Assembly (NCBI GenBank): GCA_903887325.1
Contig: CAISPG010000093.1
Coordinates: 9,931-73,930 of the forward strand
Source of the DNA: an uncultured Burkholderiales bacterium
Lineage (GTDB): Bacteria > Pseudomonadota > Gammaproteobacteria > Burkholderiales > Burkholderiaceae_C
Length of the DNA stretch: 64,000 nucleotides
Direction of reading: 5' to 3'
Shown here one piece after another: positions 22,286 to 31,774 of this stretch; position 1 is the stretch's first letter; every line of letters starts with the position of its first letter. Under the pieces are notes generated by a model. It was not told where the DNA came from, searched no databases, and saw only the letters and a program-made list of their open reading frames with translations. The position numbers and the translations under genes are program-made.

Positions 22286-24012
22286 AAACTCGGGCATCCC
22301 AGCATTTGCTGCCTTCCACCAGGATGCTGTGGTTGACGGTATTGCTGGTCGCTGTGCTTTATGCGTGGGGCATGGATAACTTGTACATGCCAAGTAACGG
22401 CGATGAAATGGTCTACAACCATATCGCCAGACTGACGGCAGCCAGTGGGCAGTGGCTGCCGCTGGTCTCTGATTTGAATGACACGCGCAACACCAAGCCG
22501 CCGCTGTTGTTCTGGCAAAGCATGGTGGTCACCGGCTGGGGCCAGCACTGGCAATTGTGGTTGTTGCGTTTGCCCAGCCTGATCTACCTGACACTGGTGA
22601 GCGTCGGCATGAGTTTGTTGTTGCATCGCTGGCTTGGAGAGTGGCGAACCGCAGCATGGGCGGTGCTGTGTCTGCTTTTGTCTTGGGGCACCTTGCGCTA
22701 CGGTAGACCGTACCTGACCACGGCGCCGGAAATGTTCTGGTTCAGCCTGGCGCCCGCTTATGTCTTGTGGCGTGCCGCAGAGGTCAGTCAACGTCACATC
22801 AGAAATACGCCGACCGAATGGTTGTGGTGGACCTTATTAGGCCTGCTTACAGGTCTTGGGCTCGCCTACAAATCGTTTGCCTTGGTCGTGCCAGTGGCAG
22901 CCGGCGTTTGCTTGCTGCGTTTGCTGATTGAACCGCACCGCTCCTGGCGGGCCGTGGCTGTGTGCACTGCACAAACCGCCTGGATGAGTATGTTGGCGCT
23001 GGGCCTGTTTGCGGTTTGGCTGCTGATAGATCCGCAACCGCAGGAAGTTTGGCGTGAGTTCGTGCAGCGTGAAAACGCCGGCAAGATGAATGACGGGCAA
23101 GCTTACTGGTCATATTTGTTCAGTTGGCGGGGCTCAGGTGATTACCTGAGCGCGCCTTTGCAAAACACCGGCTTGTTGTTCCCCGTGTTGCTCGCATTAC
23201 CGGGTCTGATTTGGCGGCAGCGCAGACTTGCCGAGCGCGCGACAAGTAAGCCGCTGAACGCAGCTTTGCTGGTGTGGATGCTGGTGTGGTGCGTGGTATT
23301 TCTATTGCCCAGCCAACGTTCTAGCCGTTATCTTTTGCCGCTGATGCCAGCGCTGGCCATGCTGATGGGCTTGTATATTCAGTCGGCTTCCAAAGCCATG
23401 TCGCTGGCAGTCGGTGTCTTGTCGCTGCTGATGTTGTCGGTGCTGGCATGGCTGGGCTGGCATGCCCGGCCGCTGGGTTTGCTGCCGGATTTCTGGGCTG
23501 TGTGGCTGGGCTTGTGCCTGCTTGCCGTACTGGCGCTTTGCTTCTTCATTTGTCTGTCTAAACACTCGCATGCCTACACTGGTTTGCTGTGCGCATTGCT
23601 GGCTTTCATGGGCTTGAATACCTTGCTGCACGGCTTGTACGGCGAACGCGTCGCGTTTCAGGGGCATACATTGGAACGACCTATGTCAGAGACTGTCTGG
23701 GTGCCCGAAGGCTTTAACGGTGAATTAGACCGCTTCCAGTTTTTACTGCCTGGCAACAACCGCTTTGTGCCTGATCAGGCCAAGGTGAATGCGTTCAGCG
23801 AAGGAACTGACACTAGCCCAAATACTTGGTTCATTGTGGCACGTACCCCCGGTGCGGCTGAACTGCCTTGCGAGATACAGCAGCGTTGTGAGCGCATCGC
23901 CATGCGCTGGGATATAGAGCAACGCTTGAAACCGGGTCAGGTGAATGCAGGCAATATTGCCAGGCCGGGCGAATGGTTGTGGCGTCAGGAATGGTTGCTG
24001 CGGCTGCGTTGA
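22282..24012 (+). CDS. ArnT/PMT-like lipid-carrier-dependent glycosyltransferase (GT-C fold)
   Basis: DE motif after TM1 (SNGDEMVY), KPPLLFW, LRLPS, polytopic hydrophobic pattern, late SRYLLPLMPALA; ATGA overlap with GtrA gene. Confidence 0.75.
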   Translation: MKTRASQHLLPSTRMLWLTVLLVAVLYAWGMDNLYMPSNGDEMVYNHIARLTAASGQWLPLVSDLNDTRNTKPPLLFWQSMVVTGWGQHWQLWLLRLPSLIYLTLVSVGMSLLLHRWLGEWRTAAWAVLCLLLSWGTLRYGRPYLTTAPEMFWFSLAPAYVLWRAAEVSQRHIRNTPTEWLWWTLLGLLTGLGLAYKSFALVVPVAAGVCLLRLLIEPHRSWRAVAVCTAQTAWMSMLALGLFAVWLLIDPQPQEVWREFVQRENAGKMNDGQAYWSYLFSWRGSGDYLSAPLQNTGLLFPVLLALPGLIWRQRRLAERATSKPLNAALLVWMLVWCVVFLLPSQRSSRYLLPLMPALAMLMGLYIQSASKAMSLAVGVLSLLMLSVLAWLGWHARPLGLLPDFWAVWLGLCLLAVLALCFFICLSKHSHAYTGLLCALLAFMGLNTLLHGLYGERVAFQGHTLERPMSETVWVPEGFNGELDRFQFLLPGNNRFVPDQAKVNAFSEGTDTSPNTWFIVARTPGAAELPCEIQQRCERIAMRWDIEQRLKPGQVNAGNIARPGEWLWRQEWLLRLR

Positions 24013-24659
24013 TGCCACCAAAGGCGCAGCAACTTAGCTTGGGCAAATAACCACAGCCAGGGATCCAGCCAGGCATTCCATGCATTGCCGTCGGGTGCCC
24101 GCGTGAAAACAAACAAGCCGGTGGCCAGCAGCCAGCAGCCAGCCGCTTGCACATGCCATTCGGCTGCGTCCAGCCAGTAAGCCAGAAACAGCCAGAGCAT
24201 GGCTAAGGCCCAGGCAAACCAGACGATGCCGGTGGAAAAACCCATGGGGTAGATATCCAACGCCAGCAAGCCGAAGTTATCCATCAAGAGCAACCACCCA
24301 ATAACAACAAGCATCAGCCACACCAAGGGGCTGACCGGAGCCGGCCGGGTGGTGTAGAAAAGCCTGGCCGGTGTGCTGCGCGTGTCGCGCCAAGCGGTCG
24401 ACAGACACAGACACAGGGTCAGCAGTCCGGGAGTTTGAAAAGCCAGACCCAGGCCTGACAAAAGACCGTCCCAGCACAACATCATCAGTGTCCAAAACGA
24501 AGTGCATACCAGCCAGCGCCAGCGCCGGTCTTGCACCGGCACAAAAGACACACTGGCCCAGCTCAACAGCGCCAGCCAGTTCGTCGCGTGAAACAACTGC
24601 TGTATAGCCAATGTCGGCAGAGGCGATGTGTTTGACAGCCAAGGCAACCAATCGTTCAT
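23985..24659 (-). CDS. hypothetical Trp-rich polytopic membrane protein
   Basis: 224-aa ORF with about 6 hydrophobic segments; ATGA overlap with the upstream BNR gene; NAWNAWLDPWLW C-terminal motif. Confidence 0.65.
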   Translation of the reverse strand: MNDWLPWLSNTSPLPTLAIQQLFHATNWLALLSWASVSFVPVQDRRWRWLVCTSFWTLMMLCWDGLLSGLGLAFQTPGLLTLCLCLSTAWRDTRSTPARLFYTTRPAPVSPLVWLMLVVIGWLLLMDNFGLLALDIYPMGFSTGIVWFAWALAMLWLFLAYWLDAAEWHVQAAGCWLLATGLFVFTRAPDGNAWNAWLDPWLWLFAQAKLLRLWWHQRSRSNHS

Positions 24660-25855
24660 GGCTGCCCCTGATGGCTAAGCTTTATGCGCCAGCGTTGCCA
24701 GGCAATGCCTTGGCGTAAAGAGGTGTAGCTCAGCCACAAACGGTCGTCGCTCCAGCTCATGGCCGGGTAGGAATATTCGCTACCATCGACGCCGTCTTCC
24801 AGAATCTGCGGCGCTGACCAGGTCTGCCCGTCCCGGCTCAGATGCATCAACAATTGGCTGCGGCCGCGTTCAGCAGGGTTGCGCAGCATGACAAAGCTGC
24901 CGTCAGGCAATCTCATGGTTGCTACCGCCGAGTCGTCGTTGCTCAGGGGCAAATCAGCTTGTCTTTGCCAGACCTTACCGCCGTCGCTGCTCGCGATAAC
25001 ACCAATCTGCCCGTCCTGGCTCTGGCTACGCAGCAAGGCCAGCCAACGGTCGCCGTCCAGCGCCAGCAAGGCTGGTTGCAATGCCTGGCTGATGCCAGTG
25101 AATTTACGCATGCCTTGAAACTCACCGTCAGCATTGAACCAGGCGAATACCGGGTACTTGGCACCCAATTCGAAATACAAGGGAAGCACCATGCCGCCAT
25201 CGGCCAGCGGCAACGGTGCGTGCCTGACCAGGTGGCTGAGATTCCACAGCCAGCTCAGTGGCAATTGACCGATTGCTTCCAGCGCGGGCTGCAACGGATC
25301 CAGCGGTGATTGGGGTTGTGACTGGCGCAAATGCAGCACGCGCGAGGCCGCCCAGCCGCCCAGCCCGGTACCGACCACAAACACATGCAAACGCTGTTGA
25401 CGGTCCAGCCAGGCGACCGGATTGCCGATGCGCATGATGCTTTTGCCCAAGGCCGCGCCCACCAGATGTCTGTCAACCACCCGGGCTGCCGGTGTCCATG
25501 CGTTTTGCGAGCGCGACCACAAAGACATGGCAATGCCGACATCAGGCGCGGCTTCTTTGCTGCCGGCAAACCAGAAGGCGGCCAAGGCGAATTCCGGGTC
25601 TTGCGGCAGGGCCAGCAGATTGCTGGCGTGGGCCGCAGGCGCATCCGGCGGTTGCGGTACCAAACCGCGTGCTTCGAATTCAAGTTGGATTGGCGCAGCG
25701 GTAGATGCAGCAAAGCCGTTCGCAGCTTCGGGCCAGGCGGCCGGGCGGTGAACCTCCATCGGTAGAGGGGTTAACAGCAAGCCAGTCGCCACCAGTACCC
25801 CCAAAACCAACCACAGCAGCGGCGCAAGCGATGCCGGCAACAGTGACTTGCGCAT
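24656..25855 (-). CDS. membrane-anchored BNR/Asp-box (sialidase-like) beta-propeller protein
   Basis: N-terminal hydrophobic anchor; HASNL, WFAGSKE, Asp-boxes SSDGGKVW and SRDGQTW, EYSYP motif. Confidence 0.78.
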   Translation of the reverse strand: MRKSLLPASLAPLLWLVLGVLVATGLLLTPLPMEVHRPAAWPEAANGFAASTAAPIQLEFEARGLVPQPPDAPAAHASNLLALPQDPEFALAAFWFAGSKEAAPDVGIAMSLWSRSQNAWTPAARVVDRHLVGAALGKSIMRIGNPVAWLDRQQRLHVFVVGTGLGGWAASRVLHLRQSQPQSPLDPLQPALEAIGQLPLSWLWNLSHLVRHAPLPLADGGMVLPLYFELGAKYPVFAWFNADGEFQGMRKFTGISQALQPALLALDGDRWLALLRSQSQDGQIGVIASSDGGKVWQRQADLPLSNDDSAVATMRLPDGSFVMLRNPAERGRSQLLMHLSRDGQTWSAPQILEDGVDGSEYSYPAMSWSDDRLWLSYTSLRQGIAWQRWRIKLSHQGQP

Positions 25856-25864
25856 GCGTATGCC

Positions 25865-27496
25865 TCAGCCTGCCGAACCCAGCGACAGGCCGGCGTGCTC
25901 GCGCAAGGGGTGGAAATGAATGTGTGGAAAGCGTTCTTGTGCCAGTCGTACATCGTAGGGAGAGGTGCACAAATACGCCAAGGTATTGGCCGCGTCCAAC
26001 GCCATGCGCTGCGGGTAGGCGTTGTTGAATTCGCGCAATTGAGCCGGGTTGTCGGCCGTGATCCAGCGCGCCCCGGTGTATTGGCAAGGTTCAAGCCTGA
26101 CATCGCAATCGTATTCAGCTTTGAGGCGGTGTTGCACCACTTCAAATTGCAATTGCCCGATGGCCCCCAGCAACATCGGCCCGCCCACCTCTGGTTTGAA
26201 CACCTGAATCGCACCTTCTTCACCAAGTTGTTCCAAACCGGTTTGCAGTTGCTTGGTGCGCAGCGGGTTTTTCAGCAGCACCGTCATGAACAGTTCGGGC
26301 GCAAAAAACGGCAGGCCGGTGAATTGCAGGTTGCTGCCGTCGGTGATGGTGTCGCCCAATTGCACGCCGCCGTGGGTGGTGAAACCAATGATGTCCCCGG
26401 CATAGGCTTCTTCCACGGCTTCGCGTCTTTGGCTGAGGAAAGTGACCACCGAGGTCGGGCGCAATTCCTTGGCACTGCGCTGTACCTTGAGCTTCATGCC
26501 GGGTGTGTATTTGCCTGAGGCCACGCGCACAAACGCGATGCGGTCGCGGTGGTTGGCGTCCATATTGGCTTGCACCTTAAACACCACGCCGGAGAAGCCG
26601 CTGTCTTCGGGCTGGACGGTTTTTTCCACCATCTGTTTGTTGACCAGCAGTGAACTTTTGCGCGATTGTGGAAAAGGTGCCAGATCCACCAAAGCGTCCA
26701 GCACTTCCATCACACCGAAATTGTTCACGCCTGAGCCAAAGAACACAGGCGTTTGTTTGCCGCTCAAAAATGCTTCGCGGTCAAAGCTGGGAGAAGCGCC
26801 TGTTGCCAGTTCCATGCTGTCCATGGCAGCGGCCCATTCCAAGCCGAAGCGTCCGGATAAATCGGCTTGTTCGGTCAGGGCCACTGTTTCAAAGTCTTGC
26901 GGCAAACGCTCGCTGCCGGACTCAAACACCGTCATCGCTTGCGTGCGTAAATTGATGATGCCGCCAAAGCTTTTGCCTTGACCTACAGGCCAGGTCATGG
27001 GCACGCATGGCATGCCGAGTTCGCGCTCGACTTCGTCCAAAATATCCAGTGGGTCGCGCACCTCGCGGTCCATTTTGTTGACAAAGGTGATGATGGGCGT
27101 GTCGCGCTGGCGGCAAACTTCAATCAAGCGGCGGGTTTGGGCTTCCACACCGTTGGCCGCATCAATCACCATCAAGGCCGAGTCCACGGCGGTCAGCACC
27201 CGGTAGGTGTCTTCCGAAAAGTCTTTGTGGCCGGGCGTGTCCAGCAAATTGATGACGTGGTTCCGGTACAGCATTTGCATCACCGACGATGCCACTGAAA
27301 TGCCGCGTTGCTTTTCAATTTCCATCCAGTCGCTGGTGGCGTGGCGCGAAGCCTTGCGGGCTTTGACCGACCCGGCGATTTGGATCGCGCCGGAAAACAG
27401 CAACAGCTTTTCAGTCAGCGTGGTTTTACCCGCGTCGGGGTGGGAAATGATGGCAAAAGTGCGGCGTCGGCGCACTTCCTCTAAGGCAGTGGTCAT
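25865..27496 (-). CDS. prfC: peptide chain release factor 3
   Basis: RRTFAIISHPDAGKTT, SDWMEIEKQRGIS, LDTPGHKDFSEDTYR, NKMD. Confidence 0.98.
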   Translation of the reverse strand: MTTALEEVRRRRTFAIISHPDAGKTTLTEKLLLFSGAIQIAGSVKARKASRHATSDWMEIEKQRGISVASSVMQMLYRNHVINLLDTPGHKDFSEDTYRVLTAVDSALMVIDAANGVEAQTRRLIEVCRQRDTPIITFVNKMDREVRDPLDILDEVERELGMPCVPMTWPVGQGKSFGGIINLRTQAMTVFESGSERLPQDFETVALTEQADLSGRFGLEWAAAMDSMELATGASPSFDREAFLSGKQTPVFFGSGVNNFGVMEVLDALVDLAPFPQSRKSSLLVNKQMVEKTVQPEDSGFSGVVFKVQANMDANHRDRIAFVRVASGKYTPGMKLKVQRSAKELRPTSVVTFLSQRREAVEEAYAGDIIGFTTHGGVQLGDTITDGSNLQFTGLPFFAPELFMTVLLKNPLRTKQLQTGLEQLGEEGAIQVFKPEVGGPMLLGAIGQLQFEVVQHRLKAEYDCDVRLEPCQYTGARWITADNPAQLREFNNAYPQRMALDAANTLAYLCTSPYDVRLAQERFPHIHFHPLREHAGLSLGSAG

Positions 27497-27545
27497 GGTG
27501 TTTACTGGGGATAAGCGGGGATCATAGCCGCACGACTGCGACGGC

Positions 27546-29342
27546 TCAGAGTTCGCCTTGCTGCTTGTCGACGGTATAGAAACGCACAGTGCGTATCAGT
27601 GTGTTGCGGTCAAACGGCTTGGCCAAGACCCGGTTGATACCGGCTTGCTGGCAGCGCTCGATAGCGTCTTGCGCCACATTCGCCGTCAGCGCGACCGCAG
27701 GCACATCGCAAAACGGCTTGGGCGCTTGCTGGCGGATGGTTTGCACCACTTGCGCGCCGTCTATGTCTGGCATGACCAGATCAATCAACACCAATTCATA
27801 TTCATTGGCTTGCATTTTCTCCAGCGCTTGCTGGCCGTTTGCCGCTTGTTCAATCTGGGCATTTGGAAAACTGCGCATCAAAGTGGCGGTCACGACCAGG
27901 CGGTTGACATCGTTGTCATCCACCACCAGCAAACGGATAGGGCTCAGGTCTTGGCTGGCGGTGACATTGAAGCTGGGCTGGGTGTTGGCCGGTGCGGCTG
28001 CCAGTGCCAGCGGCAAACGCAAAGTGAAGGTGGAGCCTTCACCAATTTGGCTTTGCAAACCCAATTCGCCTTGGTGGCTTTTCACCAGGCTTTGTGTGAT
28101 GGCCAGGCCCAAGCCGTTGCCGCGCATGGGTTCGCTCAAGCGCAAAGCGGCTTGAGCATTATGCACCTGAATAAACGGCTGGTAAATGCGTTGCTGTTGT
28201 TCCTCTGTCATGCCTATGCCGGTGTCTTGCACCTGAACCACCAGCCAGGTTTGTTCAGGAGAAGGCTGAGACAGGCTCACTTGCATATGCACAACACCGG
28301 CGGGCGTGAATTTGATGGCATTGCCCAGCAGATTGATGAGCATTTGCGACAAGCGGTTTTGGTCAATGCTGACCCAGGTGTTGACTTCGTCATTCAGTGT
28401 GATCCGGTAATCGAGTTGCATTTCCCGGGCCTGGTGCGCCAACGTGTGAAAGGTCTGGTGGATGACCTGGCGCAGATTGACCACCTGTGGATTCAAAGTC
28501 AGCTGGCCCAGCCTGATTTGGGAAAAGTCCAGCAGGTCATTGATCACAGTCAGCAAATGCGCAGCAGCGTGTTGTGCGCTTTCAATGTAGCCCGTGGAAT
28601 CTTGGGGGATCTGCTTGTTGTCATGCAGCAAACCCAGGTAGCCGATCACCGCGTTCAACGGCGTGCGCATGTCATGGCTGACCATGGCTAAAAACTTGTC
28701 TTTGTGCGAGTCGGCGATTTTCAAAGCATCGGTGGTTTTGGCCAGGCGTATGTTGATGCGGTTCAGGGTGTGCAAATTCTGGGCATTGGCCGAGTCATAC
28801 ACAAACACTAAAATCACTTGTGTGCACTCAATTACCATGAGGCATATCAAACTTTGCGCCAAGTAGCGCCAGTCTTGGTCGGCACGCATCGGCAAATAAC
28901 CATAGATCTGCGCAAAAAATAGGGTCAGCAAACAAATAAAGCTGAACAGCACCCAGAAAATGGCCCATTTGCGAGACATGGTGAAAACAGCCAGCAATGG
29001 CACCAAGCCCATGTACATCACGTAAATGGATGTCAAGCCATCACCGCAAGCCGCGTTAAACAAAATCAATGCAATCAATGTCAACTGGTAAACCGAATAC
29101 GCCCACAGCATCTTTAAGCCCAGCCACCAGCAATACAAATTCAGAGTGATGACAACTGATGCCCAAATGCAAGACCATCCGGCGATGGGGTTGGAGAGAA
29201 GAAACATCAGCCCGGCGATGGGCAATAAAAACACCACAGCAAACACCGAATTCATTAAGAAATAAAAATCAGGCGAACTGCGTAAATTCTTAGGCAGTTT
29301 TCTCAGCACCCAGAGGTAAAAAAGATAATTCCGGTCAATCAT
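27546..29342 (-). CDS. membrane-bound hybrid sensor histidine kinase (HisKA, HATPase, receiver)
   Basis: about 5-6 TM N-terminus; H-box SHDMRTPLNAVIG; NLLGNAIKFT; DTGIGM; GNGLGLAI; receiver VVDDNDVN, LIDLVMP, KPF; start ATG 29342. Confidence 0.92.
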   Translation of the reverse strand: MIDRNYLFYLWVLRKLPKNLRSSPDFYFLMNSVFAVVFLLPIAGLMFLLSNPIAGWSCIWASVVITLNLYCWWLGLKMLWAYSVYQLTLIALILFNAACGDGLTSIYVMYMGLVPLLAVFTMSRKWAIFWVLFSFICLLTLFFAQIYGYLPMRADQDWRYLAQSLICLMVIECTQVILVFVYDSANAQNLHTLNRINIRLAKTTDALKIADSHKDKFLAMVSHDMRTPLNAVIGYLGLLHDNKQIPQDSTGYIESAQHAAAHLLTVINDLLDFSQIRLGQLTLNPQVVNLRQVIHQTFHTLAHQAREMQLDYRITLNDEVNTWVSIDQNRLSQMLINLLGNAIKFTPAGVVHMQVSLSQPSPEQTWLVVQVQDTGIGMTEEQQQRIYQPFIQVHNAQAALRLSEPMRGNGLGLAITQSLVKSHQGELGLQSQIGEGSTFTLRLPLALAAAPANTQPSFNVTASQDLSPIRLLVVDDNDVNRLVVTATLMRSFPNAQIEQAANGQQALEKMQANEYELVLIDLVMPDIDGAQVVQTIRQQAPKPFCDVPAVALTANVAQDAIERCQQAGINRVLAKPFDRNTLIRTVRFYTVDKQQGEL

Positions 29343-29415
29343 GTGAGTGCGTATGCTGGCGGCGGGGTAATTCGGTGGAGTGTAGCCGCCATAGCCAATG
29401 AATTGAAATAGAATG

Positions 29416-29482
29416 CGGCACCGAGGAGCGCTGCAGCATCTGAACGATGTGAGGCTCGGAACCCTTTCCAACTGCGCTCACC
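29416..29482 (+). ncRNA. SAH riboswitch
   Basis: CCGAGGAGCGCTGC core; P1 ccgag(29421-25)/ctcgg(29455-59); P2 gcatc/gatgt; pseudoknot gagcgc(29426-31)/gcgctc(29474-79); lies upstream of ahcY, the canonical context. Confidence 0.88.
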
Positions 29483-29568
29483 CACTGATGATGTGAGGTG
29501 AGCACCTCGGTTCAAACTGTGTCTCTTTTCACGCGTCAGTGGCCCTGAACTTTTTTTGGAGCCTCTTG

Positions 29569-31002
29569 ATGAACGCATCTCTCAAACCCGCACAAACCAC
29601 TGATTTCCATGTCGCTGACATGAGCCTGGCCGATTGGGGCCGCAAAGAAATCAAAATCGCCGAAACCGAAATGCCCGGCTTGATGGCAATCCGCCAGGAA
29701 TTCGCCAAAGCGCAGCCTTTGAAAGGCGCGCGCATCACCGGTTCACTGCACATGACCATCCAAACCGCAGTGCTGGTTGAAACCCTGCAAGCACTGGGCG
29801 CGCAAGTGCGTTGGGCTTCTTGCAATATTTTCTCCACGCAAGACCACGCCGCCGCCGCATTGGTGGCCAACGGCACACCAGTGTTTGCCTACAAAGGTGA
29901 AACCCTGGATGACTACTGGGATTACACCCACCGCATTTTTGAATTCGCCGCCAAGGGCGCAGACGGCGAAGGCCCGAACATGATTCTGGACGACGGCGGC
30001 GATGCCACTTTGCTCATGCACTTGGGCAAACGTGCTGAAAAAGACGCGTCACTCCTGAACAACCCCGGCAGCGAAGAAGAAGTCTGTTTGTTCAATGCCA
30101 TCAAAGCCAAGCTCGCGATTGACAACACTTGGTACAGCCGCAAATCAGCCCACATCATCGGCGTGACCGAAGAAACCACCACCGGCGTGTTGCGCTTGAA
30201 CGAAATGGCCGCCAAAGGCACGCTGATGTTCCGCGCGATCAACGTGAACGACTCCGTCACCAAGAGCAAATTCGACAACCTGTACGGCTGCCGCGAATCT
30301 TTGGTGGACTCCATCAAGCGCGCCACCGACGTGATGATCGCCGGCAAGGTTGCGCTGGTGGCCGGTTACGGCGATGTGGGCAAAGGTTCTGCCCAAGCCC
30401 TGCGCGCCTTGAGCGCCCAAGTGTGGGTGACTGAAATCGACCCGATCAACGCACTGCAAGCAGCCATGGAAGGCTACAAAGTCGTGACCATGGAATACGC
30501 TGCTGACAAAGCTGACATTTTTGTGTCCGCCACCGGCAACAAAAACGTGATCCGTTACGAACACATGGCCGCCATGAAAGACGAAGCGATTGTGTGCAAC
30601 ATCGGCCACTTCGACAATGAAATCGATGTGTCTTCCCTGGAAAAACTCCAGTGGGACGAGATCAAGCCGCAAGTCGACCACATCATCTTCCCTGATGGCA
30701 AAAAAATCACTTTGCTGGCCAAAGGCCGCGTGGTCAATCTGGGTTGCGCCACCGGCCACCCCAGCTTTGTCATGTCTTCCAGCTTTGCCAACCAGACGAT
30801 TGCGCAAATCGAGTTGTTCACACGCCAAGACCATTACGAAAACGGCAAGGTCTATGTGTTGCCCAAGCACCTGGACGAAAAAGTCGCGCGTTTGCATTTG
30901 AAGAAAGTCGGTGCCATGCTGACCGAACTCACTGATGAACAAGCTTCTTACATAGGTGTCAGCAAGAGCGGCCCGTACAAAGCCGACACTTACCGCTATT
31001 GA
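29569..31002 (+). CDS. ahcY: adenosylhomocysteinase (SAH hydrolase)
   Basis: [63 protein letters not shown]. Confidence 0.98.
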   Translation: MNASLKPAQTTDFHVADMSLADWGRKEIKIAETEMPGLMAIRQEFAKAQPLKGARITGSLHMTIQTAVLVETLQALGAQVRWASCNIFSTQDHAAAALVANGTPVFAYKGETLDDYWDYTHRIFEFAAKGADGEGPNMILDDGGDATLLMHLGKRAEKDASLLNNPGSEEEVCLFNAIKAKLAIDNTWYSRKSAHIIGVTEETTTGVLRLNEMAAKGTLMFRAINVNDSVTKSKFDNLYGCRESLVDSIKRATDVMIAGKVALVAGYGDVGKGSAQALRALSAQVWVTEIDPINALQAAMEGYKVVTMEYAADKADIFVSATGNKNVIRYEHMAAMKDEAIVCNIGHFDNEIDVSSLEKLQWDEIKPQVDHIIFPDGKKITLLAKGRVVNLGCATGHPSFVMSSSFANQTIAQIELFTRQDHYENGKVYVLPKHLDEKVARLHLKKVGAMLTELTDEQASYIGVSKSGPYKADTYRY

Positions 31003-31006
31003 TCAG

Positions 31007-31774
31007 ATGCGCGCCGACCAGTTGCTGGTCGAGCGCGGTTTGGCTGCCACGCGCTCGCAAGCCCAGCGTTTGATCGCCGCCGGTGTGCAATGGCGCATGC
31101 CTTTGCACACTTGGCAGCGTATTGACAAAAACGGTGTGCTGCTGCCGACAGATTGTGAATTGCAGTTGCTTGACGATGGCGAATCACGCTTTGTGTCACG
31201 CGGCGGTTTGAAGCTGGCTGGCGCATTGCAAGCCACGGGTGTTGTAGTGCAGGGTTTGTGTTGTCTGGACATCGGCCAGTCCACCGGCGGCTTCACCGAT
31301 TGCTTATTGCAGCACGGTGCTGCCAGTGTGGTGGGTGTGGATGTCGGCCATGCGCAATTGCATCCGTCGCTGCGGGATGACGCGCGCGTGGTGTGCATTG
31401 AAAAATTCAATGCGCGAAACTTGGATGCGGGAGATTCGGCATTGCGTTTGCACACACCTCAAGGCGGCTTCGATTTGTTGGTAGCCGATCTGAGCTTTAT
31501 TTCGCTCACCCTGGTCTTGCCGGTGTTACCGGCGTTGATGCAAGCCCGCGCCCATGCGCTGTTGCTGGTCAAGCCGCAGTTTGAATTGCAACCGGCAGAC
31601 ATAGGCAAGGGCGGACTGGTCAAAGACCCGGCCTCCTACGCCTTGGTTCAACAGCGTTTGCGAACCGCTTGCATTGACGCGGGGTTGGAGGTTTTGCATT
31701 GGTTAGACAGTCCGGTGACCGGCGGCGACGGCAACCGGGAATTTTTTATTCATGTCAGCAGGAAATTCGCATGA
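31007..31774 (+). CDS. tlyA: TlyA-family RNA methyltransferase (S4 plus SAM domain)
   Basis: MRADQLLVERGLA..RSQAQ; FVSRGGLKL; LDIGQSTGGFTDCLL; DLSFISL; LVKPQFE; GGDGNREF. Confidence 0.9.
   Translation: MRADQLLVERGLAATRSQAQRLIAAGVQWRMPLHTWQRIDKNGVLLPTDCELQLLDDGESRFVSRGGLKLAGALQATGVVVQGLCCLDIGQSTGGFTDCLLQHGAASVVGVDVGHAQLHPSLRDDARVVCIEKFNARNLDAGDSALRLHTPQGGFDLLVADLSFISLTLVLPVLPALMQARAHALLLVKPQFELQPADIGKGGLVKDPASYALVQQRLRTACIDAGLEVLHWLDSPVTGGDGNREFFIHVSRKFA

Noticed and set aside
27558-28691. 377-aa plus-strand ORF
   Set aside because: Antisense shadow of the histidine kinase; no recognisable motifs.
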